NCBI GenBank assembly: GCA_043228905.1
Contig: JBHGNT010000012.1
Location: 1,364,001 to 1,428,000, forward strand
Source of the DNA: Azolla caroliniana
Taxonomy: Eukaryota; Plantae; Polypodiophyta
Direction: 5' to 3'
Length of the DNA: 64,000 nucleotides
Part shown: in pieces, positions 9,425-20,194 of the stretch
Position numbering within the stretch: the stretch's first letter is position 1
Layout of the letters: each line of letters begins with the position of its first letter
The notes under the pieces: model-generated
What the model saw: only the letters and a program-made list of their open reading frames with translations
Told to the model about the DNA's origin: nothing
Databases searched by the model: none
Position numbers and translations under genes: made by a program

Positions 9425-11729
9425 TGTCACATTCTAGACTCAAACCTCTGATTTTTAACACAAACAGTATATTGTGTTGTGTTAACCATATGGAAACTCT
9501 TGTGAACTATCCACATTCGATTGTGAACTTATATATATTGTAGAGTCTAGTGTATAGTACATTCGAGAATATTCTAGTCGTTAATATATTCTAGAATTAT
9601 TCTTTGGTACATTATAAATGGGTATATTCTCAAGATATTTCTCGAGTATATTCTAGAGATATTCAATCTCGGAAATTGTATAAATACTTGTAACATCCTT
9701 GGTCCCTTTCAAGGGATTCAACACCAATCATTCACACATCAATCTAGTGTTCTCGTTTCTCCCCATCTTGTCTCCTTGATGTTTATCACTATCTTCATTC
9801 TCTTGTGTCATTCCCAGCGTCTTGAGTTCCACACTCGTAGCCCCATCGTCCGTGCTTCGTCCCAATTCGCACTTGTGTGTCCGAGACAATTTGAATCCCT
9901 TCCAACTAGAAGCATCACTCGTCTTCGTCATCGCCCTTGCTTCTAAAGTTACCATCATCATCGTCCTTCCTCTGGAGTTAGCATCATCAACATCCTTGTC
10001 TTCGACATCATCATTTTCAGCACCTCTTCGCCCAACCTTCATCGTCATCAACACTACTTTACGTAGTCTTTCATTATCATCATTGTTCCGCTCTCTTCAT
10101 TGTCATTGTTATCATTTATAGGTATCATTGTGCATCACGGTTTTGGTGAGGAGTGCTTTCGATCGCTCACCTTCCCGGTTCCGATGGGGGTCACAACCGC
10201 TCATTTTCCTGGTGGGGATTAGATCATTGCTCGTTGGCACTGCATTTTCATTATAGTTCAAGTCTCGCGCCACTTTTTGTTGGCGAGGACTGATTTCGAT
10301 CGCTCACCTTCTAGTTTCGGTGGGGGTCACAACCACTCACTTTCCTGGTGGGGATTGCGTGGGTTTCTCACTAGCGCTACCATTTGTGTTGTGTCTTGGG
10401 TAAACCTCGACTATTTACCTTCTCATAATAGAAGAAGTCGAGTAGATCACTTCACTTGCAGTCATTCGCCCGTTGTTATTCTAGTTCTCGGTGAGGACCG
10501 CATTGTCACTCACATCCGTTCGTGTTCAGTTCTTGGTGAGGGCCCCATGGTCACTCACGCCCGTTCGTGTTCAGTTCTCGGTGAGGGCTGCATGGTCTCT
10601 CATGCCCGTTCATGTTCCAGTTCTCAATGAGGGCCACATCGTCGCTCACGCCCGTTGGTGTTCGTGTTCCAACTCTTGGCGAGGACCGACATGGTCTCCC
10701 ATGCCCGTTCGTGTTCGTGTTCCCTGTGAGGACTACACACGGTCACTCACTCCAGCTATTGTTCGTGTTCCAATTCCCAATGAGGACCCCACATGGTCTC
10801 TCACACCCATTGGTGCTTGTGTTCCAACTCTCGGCGAGGACCGACATGGTCTCCCATGCCCGTTGGTGTTCGTGTTCGCCAGGACGACCACACCTGGTCA
10901 CTCACGCCCGTTGGTATTCGTGTTCCAGTTCCTAACGAGGACCACACATGGTCCCTCACGCCCATTGGTATTCGTGTTCCAGTTCCTAACGAGGACTGCA
11001 CATGGTCGCTTGTGCCCATTGGTGTTCGTGCTCCTCGTGAGGACCACACATGGTCGTTCACGCCCATTGGTATTCGCGTTCCAGTCCTGGACGAGGACCG
11101 CACATGGTCACTCATGCCTATTGGTGTTCAATACCTCATCTTCTGGAAGGGTTACTCCTTGTCTAGGATTTACAAAATACTTTGGAGGTGGTCTAAGATT
11201 TTCATCAACAGTATCCCCTTAAGCCAACCACCAATTTGGGAAGGCGGCGTAAGAGGGGGGATAGTGTCACATTCTAGACTCAAACCTCTTATTTTTAACA
11301 CACACAGTACATTGTGTTGTGTTAACCATATGGAAACTCTTGTGAACTATCCACATTCGATTGTGAACTTATATATATTGTAGAGTCTAGTGTATAGTAC
11401 ATCCGAGAATATTCTAGTTGTTAGTATATTCTAGAATTATTCTTTGGTATATTCTAAATGGGTATATTCTCGAGATATTTCTCGAGTATATTCTAGAGAT
11501 ATTCAATCTCGGAAATTGTATAAATACTTGTAACATCCTTGGTCCCTTTCAAGGGATTCAACACCGATCATTCACACATCAATCAAGTGTTCTCGTTTCT
11601 CCCCATCTTGTCTCCTCGATCTTTATCATTGTCTTCATTCTCTTGTGTCATTCCCAACGTCTTGAGTTCCACACTCGTAGCCCCATCGTCCGTGCTTCGT
11701 CCCAGTTCGCACTTTGTGTGTCCGAGACA
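9425..11729 (+). mobile_element. Non-autonomous LTR element (TRIM/LARD-like), LTRs 9425-9888 and 11265-11729
   Basis: TGTCAC...GAGACA LTRs of 464/465 bp, TSD TTTTC on both sides, PPT AAGAGGGGGGATAG before the 3' LTR, non-coding interior. Confidence 0.93.
10460..11130 (+). repeat. Minisatellite (~45-54 bp units) inside the TRIM interior
   Basis: Recurrent GAGGACC(A/G)CACATGGTCACTCACGCCC(G/A)TTGGTGTTCGTGTTCCAGTTC; this explains the repetitive ORFs 10491-11383. Confidence 0.9.
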
Positions 11730-12331
11730 TTTTCAACGAAAATCTGATGCGGTGCATCGGATTTCCGTTGAAAGTTCAAGATTTTTCTTTTATTGTTTTC
11801 ATTTATCATGGATTTTCAATTAAAATCCGATGCACTACATCAGATTTTCGTTTAAAATACAATAATTTTTTTATTATTTCATTGTTTTATGAAAAAACTA
11901 ATAAGAAAATTGGATTTTCAATTGAAATCCGATGCAATGCATCAGATTTCAATTGGAAATCCATTTTTTTTAATATTTTTATTTATTTCTCGAAAAAATG
12001 AAAAACAATTGAAAAGAAAAAGGATTGTCAGCTAAAATCTGATGCATTGCATCAATGTCTAACTTTATAGACTACAATCCGATGCAGTGCATCGGATTTT
12101 AGTTGAAAAGCCATTTATTTATTTATTTTATATGGAATAAATAAATAAAAATACATTGAAAAAAGAAAAAAGAAAAATGGATTTTCGACTTTAATCCAAT
12201 GCATTGCATTGGATTCTAGCCACATAGACTAAAATACAATGTACTACATCATATTTTAGCTGAAAATCCATTTTTTATTATTTTATGGAAAAAAATTACA
12301 AAATTACAAAATTTTAAAAAAACTTGGATTT

Positions 12332-12676
12332 TCAACATGCGCCTTAAAGATGTTCAGGAACTCTGTTGCATTAGAGAAGGACCTTGAGCAACCTATTTTC
12401 ATCAAAATGAGGATCCAAGGTATCTAGGAGTGTCATGATCAAGACCAAGAAGTTGGGGCAAAGCATATCAATGAAACTGAGATGTTCTAGATGACTTCCA
12501 GAGAACCTATGGAACCTATAGATGAAGAAGCAGGGGACTTTGTTGAATTAGAAGACGTGTCAGAGTCTAAACATACTAACGATTCAACTCAGCGTACCGA
12601 CGAAGCCAATGAAGACAATCCTAATGAAAGAGCTAATCTTGAAGAGACGACTTTACCAAACTTATTATTCGATTGA
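12332..12676 (+). pseudogene. Decayed paralog of the last exon of the ParB-MTase gene
   Basis: STCALKMFRNSVALEKDLEQPIFIKMRIQGI*ECHDQDQEVGAKHINETEMF*MTSREP aligns without gaps to SACALKLFRNTVALEKDEDQVIFINMRIKALWECPNQDEEVGAKNLANTERFQPASREP (37/59 identical); stops at 12425 and 12488. Confidence 0.92.
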
Positions 12677-12841
12677 ATGTATATGGCTTATTGTAAAATT
12701 TGAACAATATGAATTGTTAAATTTTGACGTAATATATAAGTTGAGCTTATTTATAATTTTTGTGTAACACTCATTGAACTTAGAGATTAAGTATAATTTG
12801 TATGTGTACATGTTGTCTAAAGTCTCCTTTATCATTTGGGG

Positions 12842-13996
12842 CATAGTACGTAAAATTCGTGTTCGTCAACTATATCATTCGTTTTCCTACGTTGGAAAAC
12901 AAACACAAATGATATTCAAAAATTCGTGTGTGTTTTTTTGTTTTCTTTGTTTTCTTTGTTTTTTTTGTTTTTTTTGTTTTTTTTGTTTTTTTTGTTTTTT
13001 TTGTTTTTTTTGTTTTTTTTGTTTTTTTTGTTTTTTTTTTTTTTTTTGTTTTTTTTGTTTTTTTTTGTTTTTTTTGTTTTTTTTGTTTTTTTTGTTTTTT
13101 TTGTTTTTTTTGTTTTTTTTGTTTTTTTTGTTTTTTTTGTTTTTTTTGTTTTTTTTGTTTTTTTTGTTTTTTTTGTTTTTTTTGTTTTTTTTGTTTTTTT
13201 TGTTTTTTTTGTTTTTTTTGTTTTTTTTGTTTTTTTTGTTTTTTTTGTTTTTTTTGTTTTTTTTGTTTTTTTTGTTTTTTTTGTTTTTTTTGTTTTTTTT
13301 GTTTTTTTTGTTTTTTTTGTTTTTTTTGTTTTTTTTGTTTTTTTTGTTTTTTTTGTTTTTTTTGTTTTTTTTGTTTTTTTTGTTTTTCTTTTGTTTTTTT
13401 TTTCCTTTTTTCCGTTTTTTCCCTTTTTTTACCTTTTTTTGGGGTTTTTTCCCTCTTTTTCCCCCTTTTCCCCCTTTTCCTCTACACATCAACGCTACGC
13501 TCTACTCTCCTCCCCGTTTCCTTGAACAATCTACTACTTGCATCATGCACACTAGTCAGTATTGAGTCAGTGACCACATCTTCTCCCGGCCATTACTTTC
13601 TGCATACCAATGAGATTCAGGTATGTTTAGGGTTAATAATAGGGTTTAAAGTTGTTGAAACTTTAGGTCATAGTATGTGCTATGTAGTACAGAAATTTTT
13701 GTAATTTTTCACTAATTTCTGTAATTTTTTTGTAATTTTTGTAATTTTTGTAATTTTTGTAATTTTTGTAATTTGTTTGTAATTTCTGTAATTTCTCTAT
13801 AATTTATGTAATTTTGTTGTGATTTCTTTGTAATTTCTGTAATTTTTTTGCAATTTTTAAAAAAATATTTACCTTATAGTAAATAATTTATCCAAAAGTA
13901 TGGTATTTATCATTCTTCGAGGGTGTTTACGCTTCTCGAATGATTGAATCATTCTCGAACACGAATGCACGAATGGTATGCATGGTTCATACTATG
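12842..13996. mobile_element. Non-autonomous hAT-type element
   Basis: Short TIR CATAGTACG...CATACTATG; perfect 8-bp TSD ATTTGGGG (12834-12841, 13997-14004); both ends are shared with the copy at 57225-57496. Confidence 0.88.
12931..13400 (+). repeat. (GTTTTTTTT)n 9-bp microsatellite; a (TGTAATTTT)n-like tract follows at ~13695-13855
   Basis: Seen directly; it generates the spurious FC/FV/KN-repeat ORFs. Confidence 0.95.
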
Positions 13997-14520
13997 ATTT
14001 GGGGTATGTGGGAGATAAAATTATACTCTATCATTTACTCGTATGATTGGAATGTTATTGTAGTCTAGTTTACTTATACATTGACAGTGTCATGTATCAC
14101 GTGTCAATGGAAATTTTCTCTTGACATAGTAGTATCTCTTAATTGCAAGGTTCACAATTTGCTTTAAGATATATTATATATAAATATACACACATAATTA
14201 GAAGAAGTCACTTATTCCGTGGGATATGTGTTTTAGAATATGCACAAGGACTCGTGTTACTATTATGCTTGCATTGACGAATATACCCATGTCTAAGATT
14301 TGGACAAAAACATGGTAGATAGAATATATGTCGGATAATTTTGTTGACGTGATATTAGTTAGTTCTATTTTTCGCTATGTTTTCATAAAACCACATACAC
14401 ATGCATCGTGCCTTTTTGAAATTCTGCTTAAATATGGCATTTTTTAACATCTCACTAATATATGAAAAAGAGAATGTGACATATTACCTGTTTCAAATGA
14501 CCCGGTGTTTTATACTTAAC

Positions 14521-17500
14521 TGTAAAAGAATCAAGAGAGTGATTCTTGTGAAGCGGAAGAGATATGAGTTATGTGTGTGTATGAGAGAGAGAGAGAGAGT
14601 GAGAGTGAGACAAGGAATATGCAATGTAAAAAGTATATTGACAAAGGAGAAAGACTTCACATTATACAAGGTGGGAGGAGGGTGCTTTATCTAGTCACCC
14701 TCTCTCTTCATTAACTACAAGACTCATGGAGCATGGGGAATATGAAAGCTCATAAGTTATGTGTCATAGAATATGATTCTATGACTCATACTAAATGCTA
14801 GAATACAAAGTAGTGACATAATGGTGACTCTTGACCGTTGAGGTGTCTCTTCACTCTCAAGGTGAGTTCACACACTAGACCAAGTTGAGCTTGATTCTCA
14901 ACACGCCCCCTCAAGCTCAAGTCGGGTCGGTTTCAGACGGTATCCAAAATCCGTTTCAACTTGAGTTCCGGAGTCCGCATCGACTCGCGTTTCTGCGGAG
15001 TTACGGGATCCGTGCTCCAGCTTGCGTTGTGCGTAATTACGAAGTCTGTGCTTCGGCTTGCATGTGTAGTTGCGAAATCTACGCGTTATTGCGTCGTGTC
15101 TTCAGTACTCCCCCTCAAGCTTGGCAGGTCAGTGATCGTCAATCCGAGATCGGTCATGAATTGCCACAGCTTGTCGGTTCCTAAGGCTTTAGTGAAGATG
15201 TCAGCCGTTTGAAGATTGGTGCTTATGTGTTGTAGGTCGACATTGCCAGCCAGAACGCGCTCTCGGATGAAGTGATAGTGCACTTCGATGTGCTTTGTCC
15301 GCGCGTGGAACACCGGGTTCCGAGGCAAATAGATACTGCTCATGTTGTCGCAGTAAAGGGAAGTCGGATCCTTGATGGGTACGCCCAAATCCTTCAAAAT
15401 CCTCTTGAGCCATACGGCTTCACATGCAGCTACGGCTGCGCCCCTGTATTCCGCCTCCATACTCAAAAGAGCAATGGTAGGCTGCTTCTTGCTACTCCAG
15501 GATATTGCTCCACTACCGAGGGAGAAAACAAATCCGGAGGTTGATCTTCTATCGGCTTTGTAGTCGGCCCAATCGGCGTCAGTGTACCCCTCGAGTCGTA
15601 TTGGCATCGCGGTCTTGTAGAGGATGCCGCAATCCATTGTGCCACTCACGTATCGTAGAACTCGCTTAGCGCAATCCAAGTGAGTATCACGCGGTGTTTG
15701 CATGAATTGGCTAAGGAGGCCGACCGGATAACTGAGATCGGGTCGTGTGATCGTGAGGTAGATGAGACTCCCGATGAGTTGCCGATACTAAGTCAGCTCA
15801 CACGCTTTGGTGCCGGAGTGCGCATCTAGTTTGAGATTACGATCGAGCGGGGTTGCCACGGATTTGCACTCAGCCATCCCGAACTTGTATAACAAGTTGA
15901 GGATGTAGTGTCATTGAGAGATCATGATTCCGGCCGGAGTCCGAATTACCTCGATGCCGAGGAAGTAGTGGAGCTCCTGCATGTCCGTCATCTCGAACTT
16001 GTCGGAAAGGAGGGATTTGACCTTATTGATTTCGATGAGATGCTCACCTCCAATGACTAGGTCATCCACATATAAGATGATGACGATCGGACTTGCGAAG
16101 TCGCTTCGTATGTAGAGGGAGTTGTCCGATTTTGACATACGAAAGCCGATTTGATGAAGATATTGCGTTATCTTCGAATGCCAAGCACGCGGTGCTTGCT
16201 TGAGGCCGTAGAGTGGCTTCTTGAGTCGGCATACGGCTTTTGGATGAGTGCTTGAGTTGAAGCCGGGTGGTTGGATCATGTACACCTCTTCTAATTCGCC
16301 TTGTAGAAAGGCGTTCTTGATGTCCATTTGATGGAGGTGCCACCCTTTCGCCGCGGCAATCGCAATTACGGTCCGCACCGTTGTCATCTGTGCCACCGGG
16401 GCAAAGGTCTCTTCGTAATCGATGCCATGCGTCTGAGCGTATCCTCTTGCTACGAGTCGAGCTTTGTAGCGGTTTACGGAGCCATCCGCGTTATACTTCA
16501 CCTTGTAGATCCATCTGCATCCGATCGCCTTTTTGTGTGGTGAGGTGGGAACGAGATCCCACGTCTCGTTCTTCCGTAGTGCCTGCATCTCCTCGTTCAT
16601 TGCTTCGATCCATCACGGGTCCTTCGCGGCTTCTGAAAAGGTTTCCGGCTCCCGTACTGTCGCTACCTTCATCATAAAGGCATAATGGTACGCCATATAA
16701 TCGTTGTAGGCGAATCGGCTTACGGGGTTCTTTTCACGAGTGGATCGGCAGAGCTTTTCATTTGCCGAGATAAGGGCTTTCTTGGCTCCGATTGGTACCT
16801 CGAAACCGCGAAACTCACTGTCGAGTGAATGAGTCGATTCATTGTCGTCGAAGCGATCGTCTTCATATTCCGCCATTTTCGCCTTGCCTTTGTCCATCTT
16901 CGGGCTAGGCCGTGATGTGCTTTGATCGCTCAAAGGCTCTTGTGGTCCGCTCAGTCGGGTCGTGATCGAACTTTCTTCGATCATGCGCGTAGGGCGATCT
17001 TCATCCTCGATCTCTTGTTCAGCAGATTCCGGGTCGAGCGGAGTTGGAGGCGAAGTTGTCTCTGGTGCGTACCAAGATGCGGACTCGTCAAAAATGACGT
17101 CTCGACTTACTCGAGATTTTCGAGTTGAGGGGTTGTAGCACTTGTACCCCTTTTGTTCGAGTGAGTATCCTACGAGGATACATTTCTCCAACTTCCGGTC
17201 AAGCTTTTGACGTTTCTCGTCAGGGATGTGCACATACGCAATGGAGCCGAATATCCGAACATGTGATAGGTTCGGCTTCTTTCCGAAGAATCTTTCGTGC
17301 GGAGTGACCTCGTGCACGTCGGATGTTGTGCACTGGTTCATTAGGTAGACGGCCGTATTTGCCGCTTCGGCCCAATATGACTTGGGCATATGCTTTTCGT
17401 TCATCATGGCCCGCGCTACTTCGAGGATGTGCCGATTTTTGCGCTCGGCTACTCCGTTTTGTTGCGGAGTGTGTCAGCAAGTGAATTCTCGCCGAATTCC

Positions 17501-19636
17501 TTCCTTTCGGAGATACGTCGTGAAATCGTCCGAGAAGTACTCCTTGCCGCCATCCGATCGAAGGCATCGTACATGTCGGCCCGTGGCTTTCTCGACTTCA
17601 TTCTTGAAATTTTGGAAGTGTCCGAACACTTCGCTCTTTTGCCGCATCGGGTAGATCCAAGTGTGCCTAGAAAAGTCGTCGATGAAGAGCATGTAATATC
17701 GGCATCCACCGAATGTCCCCGTCTGAGCCGAACCCCATACATCGGAATGAATTACGTCGAGTACGCCTTTGCTCACATTCCGCTCCTTCGGAAATGAGTG
17801 CCGGTGTTGCTTGCCGAATTGCCACGCTTCGCATGCACCTTCAATCTCCTTCTCTTTGAATGTCGGAAGTCCGATGACGACTCCTTTCGATTTCATTGCT
17901 TTGAGTTTGTTGAGATTGATGTGGCCGATTCGCTTATGCCATAGCTCTATGTCGGAGTCGGCTTTCGTGCTTTTCGCGAACATGGCGGATTTCATCTCGT
18001 GCGAATTGAGAATGAACATCCGGCCCTCTCTTCTTCCGCGTGCGATGATTCGGCCTTCTTTTTCGATGAAGCACCCTTCTTGGTCGAATCGTACTTGCAT
18101 CCCTTGCTCAACCATTTGGCCGACCGAGACCAAATTCTTTGTGATGGTGGGTACATGCAAGACATTTTTAATGTATGTTTGCTTACCTCTTTCGCCGAAC
18201 GGAACATTGCCGATGTGCCGAATCGGGTGCGTAGTGTCATCTCCGGTTTTGACATAACCGGGTCGCTCCGGCTCTTGAAGTTCGAGAAACCATTCTTTGT
18301 GGGATGTCATATGGTTTGAGGCTCCGGAGTCAACAAACCATACGTCCTCCGGATTGAGGGCACTAGTTGAGGTAGAGGCCGACATAGAGTTTGCTCTATG
18401 TTTCATCATGAACATTCCGCCACGGTCGGAGTTGTATGCGTACATTCCGCCACGATCCTCGTAGTCGGAGCAATGCCCGTACATTCCACTATACTCTTCG
18501 TAGTCGGAATTGTGCGCGTAATTCGTGAGTTGTCGGCTTGTGGAAGCCGATTCACGCATCTTCTTTCGGCACTCTTCTTCGTGGTGGCCGAGCTTTCCGC
18601 AATATCCGCATTCGGTTGCGTTTTGACGACTCGGGCCGGAGTGGAAGCTCCCCCTTCTTGCGAAGGTTCCTCGTTGGCCTCCGTTTTGCGGCCGAAATTG
18701 GGAGTTGTTGTCGTAGGTCGGACCTCGTCCGCCTTGTCCTTGGCCGAATCGGCCTCTCGCTCGTCCGCGTCCTCTTCCTCCATTAGAGTGCATGTAGAGC
18801 ATGTGGCCTTCCGACTCATTGCTCCTTGTACGCACGTGGTTTTCTTCGACCAATAGCATTGATTGGAGCTCGAAGTAGGAAGGAGATTTCTCCCGTGCTA
18901 GAACGGCGGTTCGCATCGCGCCGAACCGTGGTGCGAGGCCGCCGAGGCATATTTGCACCATCTCATCATCATCATCTATACTTACGCTTATTGAGCTGAG
19001 CGAGTTGCAAAGCTCCTTGATCTTCAAGGTGTATGTCGTGATCGACATATCCCTTTGTTGAATGTTGTTCAACTCTTGGCAGAGTTGAAGCTTCCTCGCG
19101 GTCGTGTTGGCGGCGAAAATCTTTCGTAGGTTTTCCCATGCTTCCTTCGGCGTCTTGGCTTCTCGAATGTAACCGAGCATGTGGTCGTGAACACATGTCG
19201 CCAAACAATACATCACGCGGCTTGCGGCTTGCTCCCATGTTGCGTATCTGGGAGCCGCTTCGGCGGGTCGGTCTTCATGCGCTCCTTTGATGTAGCTCCA
19301 ATAGCCTTGTCCGACAAGGTATTGGTGCATCTTGTGCTCCCAAGATACGAAGTTATTTCGATCCAACTTCTCGGTAGGGAGAGCGCTCCCCATTTGAGTA
19401 TTCATTTTGTCGATTCTTCTTCTTTTTCTTCTTCTTCTTCTTCTTCTCTCTTGAGTGCGAGCTATGTAGCGAAGCTACGATAGTGATGAGCCTGTTCTTG
19501 GTCGTCGGCGTGGAGCACAACACACGATCACGATGAGGCGAATGGGCTAGATCGAGCTACCAAATCGCTCTGATACCATGTAAAGAATCAAGAGAGTGAT
19601 TCTTGTGAAGCGAAAGAGATATGAGTTATGTGTGTG

Positions 19637-19681
<45 letters not shown>

Positions 19682-19972
19682 AGGAATACGCAATGTAAAA
19701 AGTATATTGACAAAGGAGAAAGACTTCACATTATACAAGGTGGGAGGAGGGTGCTTTATCTAGTCACCCTCTCTCTTCATTAACTACAAGACTCATGGAG
19801 CATGGGGAATATGAAAGCTCATAAGTTATGTGTCACAGAATATGATTCTATGACTCATACTAAATGCTAGAATACAAAGTGGTGACATAATGGTGACTCT
19901 TGACCGTTGAGGTGTCTCTTCACTCTCAAGGTGAGTTCACACACTAGACCAAGTTGAGCTTGATTCTCAACA
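14521..19972 (-). mobile_element. Full-length Ty1/Copia LTR retrotransposon; LTRs 14521-14903 and 19579-19972
   Basis: TG..CA LTRs, TSD TTAAC, PBS TGGTATCAGAGC (tRNA-iMet; 19567-19578), PPT at 14904-14917. Confidence 0.97.
15086..19405 (-). pseudogene. Copia gag-pol (gag CCHC, protease WFVDSGAS, integrase, RT YVDD, RNase H) with several premature stops
   Basis: ORF fragments 17474-19405, 16613-17407, 15911-16600 and 15086-15703 in Copia domain order. Confidence 0.95.
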
Positions 19973-20194
19973 TTAACTAACAAATACTAATGATGATAAA
20001 GAATGAGAAAATTGCCACAGTTATAAAAAGATTGTTGCATATGCCACAAAAGCTTATGAAAACTTTGATTGAATGCCTAATGTTCGATAAAAAAGGGTTT
20101 CGGTCCTACGTACTTAACATATGATGGGAAATACCTCATCGGTTCATTGCTACAACTAGTTGGGCAAACACCTTACAATGGGCTATAAGTTGGT

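Larger units (their letters stand above)
8020..12335. repeat. Dispersed array (~17-18 units) of palindrome GGATTTTCAATGGAAATCCGATGCA-N-TGCATCGGATTTC(C/A)RTTGAAAGTCC in A/T-rich spacers, split by a TRIM insertion
   Basis: Units centred near 8035, 8075, 8167, 8206, 8297, 8435, 8581, 8856, 9007, 9158, 9296, 11752, 11835, 11937, 12047, 12087, 12204, 12244. The ~151-bp higher-order units at 8850-9000 and 9002-9152 are near-identical. Confidence 0.9.
6417..14509. mobile_element. Internally deleted TIR DNA transposon carrying a palindrome array and an MTase remnant (hosts three younger insertions)
   Basis: Left end AACACCGAGACATTTGAAACAGGTAATATGTCGCATT (6417-6453) matches the reverse complement of 14473-14509 at 34/37. 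TTAT lies on both sides (6413-6416, 14510-14513). Confidence 0.75.

Noticed and set aside
10491-11383. Repetitive 100-240 aa ORFs
   Set aside because: They are by-products of a stop-poor minisatellite that is open in several frames; no recognisable domain.
12774-13704. Long ORFs rich in F/C/V or K/N
   Set aside because: They are translations of the (GT8)n microsatellite; its exact length may also be affected by homopolymer sequencing error.
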